Assembly: GCA_030770535.1 (NCBI GenBank)
Contig: JASVEC010000165.1
Location: 1 to 38,480 of the forward strand
Source: Batkoa obscura
Taxonomy: Eukaryota
Direction of reading: 5' to 3'
Length of the DNA: 38,480 nt
Positions 35,619-38,480 of the stretch are shown here, piece by piece (the stretch's first letter is position 1; each line of letters begins with the position of its first letter). The notes beneath the pieces were generated by a model that worked only from the letters and a program-made list of their open reading frames with translations, had not been told where the DNA came from and did no database searches. The position numbers and the translations under genes are program-made.

Positions 35619-35975
35619 ATCGTTAGATGCTATTAAAAGTTGATGATCATTGAATTCGTTAGAATTAAAAATAAAAGTTTGGTTTATTAAATTTGACATA
35701 TACTTAAGCTTTTTATTTATTATTTATTTAGTTTATGAAAATAATGATACTTTTATAGTGCTAAGTATCATCAAATAGACTCAGGCCTGTTATTAGCTAT
35801 AGAATTTGGTATATAATACAATAACATACTAATCTTTTTAAACAAAATTCTATTGTATTTTGTAAATGTTTAATCAACTTTAAGGTACTTCATAAAACTA
35901 TAAAGGTACACAAATCTGAATTTGGATTTTAAAATAATTCCATTTCAAATGAAACAACTTAATCTTTTAATGGTT

Positions 35976-36074
35976 GGGGCTGTTTTTTTTGGCTTCATTA
36001 CTTTTTCTCTTTTAAGTGCTATTTGAGCGGAAAATTTGTTAGTAGGAGATTCTTAAACATAAAAATACATCCCC
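35976..36074 (+). mobile_element. MITE copy 16
   Basis: GGGGCTG...CATCCCC; TSD not preserved (GGTT/ATTT). Confidence 0.88.
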
Positions 36075-36548
36075 ATTTATTAGAGGATACAATAAATCCC
36101 ATTATTAATAAAATAATTGAACAAAACCATGACAAATAATTTTAGATAATGTGAAAACGATATTATCTATTAAAATAGTATTTAATAATTCTAATTATGA
36201 CTATTCACTTCGCGTTAGTATCTTACTTTAACATCCAAACTAAACTAAACTAAACTATTAACTACTATACTATAATGAAATAACTTAATTGAACTATAAA
36301 AATATAAAAGCAGTAACCCTGGAAATCCTATAAAAAATACTCTTCATTTTAAATAATTGAAGAATTATATCAATATAAACAACAATTCTTTTGGAAACCA
36401 ACATATTCATCATATACATTATCTCAACCATCATATTCAATTTTTGCACTCAATTAATCATAACTTATTCAGCTTCAAACATCAGCTTTTGCAAATCCAA
36501 AAACCTTAATTTCAGTCTAACGCAATAATTATTTCTTTAATATTCAGC

Positions 36549-37791
36549 ATGCCATTTAGTAATTCCAAATTAAAATTTGGTCTCAATATCAAAAATAAAC
36601 CAGCCTTAGCCAAACCAGTTAAAAATTTATTACATGAAGAAGAAGAAGAGACAACTCCTTTAGAAGAAAAGCAAAAAGCGAATCAAGAGATCAAACGAGC
36701 TCAAGTGAAAGTGGGAAATTCAAAAAAAATTAGTTGAACAGGTCAAAGAAGCATTGGATGTAGATCCAACAGCATATGAATATGACGAGGTTTATGATCA
36801 AATGAAAGATAATGAAAAAAAATATTTAGATTTGATGAAGGGAACAGACGATAATAAAGTAAGGTTTTTTATATTTAGTTTAGCTTTTAAAAAGGAATGG
36901 ATTGATTGATTGATTTTAATTAGCCAAAATATATCCAAGGTTTATTAAAAACCGCAGAATTAAGGAAGAGAGATAGACTAAGAGCGGAAGGTCGATTAGT
37001 TGAAAAAGAAAAGGAAAGGGAAAGTGAACTTTATAAAGGAAAAGAAGAGTTTGTTACAACTGCGTAAGTTTATCATATTCTTTTGACTGTATACATATTA
37101 ATCGAATAATTAGTTATAAGCAACAGCAAGAAGAGCTCAAGAGGTTGGAGAAAGAAGATAATATTGAAGGTGAAATTCTAATTTTAATTATTTATATAAG
37201 TGTTGTTCAATTAATTCAATTATGAATCTAGATGATCAAAGTAAAGATGGTAATATGTTTCAATTTTATGAGAATTTATTATCTGCCAAAAGTCGACAAA
37301 TAGAAGCCGGAATTATTACTAAAGAGATTAAAAAAGAAGCAAATTCAACAACAACAAATCAATCAACAAAAGAAGATTTATTGGCCAAAGCCTTAAAAGA
37401 AGGCAAAAAAATAGAAATTAATGCCAATAATGAAGTCATTGATAAAAGACAATTATTATCCGCTGGTTTAAATATAGTCAGAAAAGATGTCAAAAGAGAT
37501 GATTCTATTTCTTATTATGATGAATTTATAATGAGAAAAAAGAAAGCAGAAGAAGAAAAAAGATTATTAGCTAAAAAAGCACAAGCTAATAGAATGAAGA
37601 AATTGTTAACGACTCAATTGGAAGAGAGCAAGATGCTGGAAGTAAAGAAAGGGGATGAGAAATTTGATAAATTGAAAGATACACTTAAAAGAAAGAATGA
37701 TGATGGGGCTGTGTTGGATGCAAAAGCTAGGTATTTATTGAGAAAGAAACAGAATCAAGAGAAGTTGGAGAATCAGGCAAAAACAGAATAA
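36549..37791 (+). CDS. NSRP1: Nuclear speckle splicing regulatory protein 1 / CCDC55 (DUF2040), at least 3 introns; apparent 1-nt frameshift at the A8 run ~36722
   Basis: LKFGLN N-terminus, DPTAYEYDEVYDQMK, KPKYIQGLLKTAELRKRD, KEEFVTTAYK, C-terminal DAKARYLLRK. Confidence 0.85.
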
Positions 37792-38094
37792 CATTATATT
37801 ATAGGTGAATGAAAATTGACTGATTTTAGTAGATACAGCTTGATGATATGTTATTGAGTATTAATAAAATTAAAGTTTTTTAATTAAGTCCTGAAATTGA
37901 TTTAATGAGAGTTTATTGATTACTACGGTCATTATAAGTTAACATAATAATAAACCTTTGAAGTTTTTTATTTATAAATTGATAATATATAGGGGTTATA
38001 AAGAGTTTTGAGAAAGTATTAACAACTCCCCGCAAATATCTCTAAATATTTTGAAATTTTGATGATTAATAAAACTTTATAAAGTCTTTCATAT

Positions 38095-38192
38095 GGAGAT
38101 GTTTTTTTGGCTTCATTACTTTTTCCACCTTTTAAGCGCTATTTGAGTGGAAAGTTTGTTAATAAAATTCTTAAATACAAAAATATATCCTC
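38095..38192 (+). mobile_element. MITE copy 17
   Basis: GGAGATG...TATCCTC, TSD ATAT. Confidence 0.9.
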
Positions 38193-38241
38193 ATATGTTA
38201 AATTTTTAAATTCCTATTTTTTTAATAATATTAATATATAA

Positions 38242-38336
38242 TGATATATACTTTTTTGTTTGAGAATTTTACTAGCAGTTTTTCTGCTCACCAGTGCTTA
38301 AAAATGGAAAAAGTGATGAAATAAAAAAAGCACTCT
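38242..38336 (-). mobile_element. MITE copy 18 (degenerate)
   Basis: GAGAATTTTACTAGCAG...GTGCTTAAAAATGGAAAAAGTGATGAAA; inverted relative to copy 17. Confidence 0.75.
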
Positions 38337-38480
38337 CTCCTTATATTATTTAATAAAACAAATTAATACTTTTTTAAAATCGCATAAATTGTTCTACTTT
38401 TTTAATTCATAAATTTTTTAAAACACCTGAAAGCAATATGATATATTTTTATTCTTTATTATTAAATAAATTCAATATTA

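Noticed and set aside
6113..38192. Recurrent ~98-bp repeat as a CRISPR array or REP-like element
   Set aside because: Copies are dispersed, in both orientations, with TIRs and 4-bp TSDs; there is no regular spacer period, no cas genes, and the context is eukaryotic

Overview
Very AT-rich eukaryotic DNA with short GT-AG introns (about 43-80 nt) and fungal-type genes. It is probably an early-diverging fungus such as Entomophthorales/Conidiobolus-like, which is an inference. Host genes: a Ras2-type GTPase needing a 2-nt microexon, EMC10-like, a DJ-1/PfpI gene with an inverted degenerate paralog, two NADP-dependent Zn alcohol dehydrogenases, a cytochrome P450 pseudogene, a cAMP-receptor-like GPCR, a Kelch membrane protein, two MATE exporters, tRNA-Ala(AGC) and NSRP1/CCDC55. 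Mobile DNA: one complete 2,449-bp Sola2-like DDD transposon (14571-17019, imperfect TIRs, GTAT target-site duplication) and 18 copies of a ~98-bp MITE. The two different MITE ends mirror the two ends of the autonomous element and share its 4-bp TSD length. Most novel candidates: (1) the ~450-nt non-coding 3' end of the transposon folds into a nearly continuous run of G-U-containing sense-strand helices and carries terminus-like motifs, suggesting a transposon-encoded structured RNA; (2) a separate ~475-nt intergenic segment (20904-21378) has a 15-bp closing helix, nested long-range helices and a pseudoknot, and matches no ncRNA class I recognise. All alignments and folds were done by eye.
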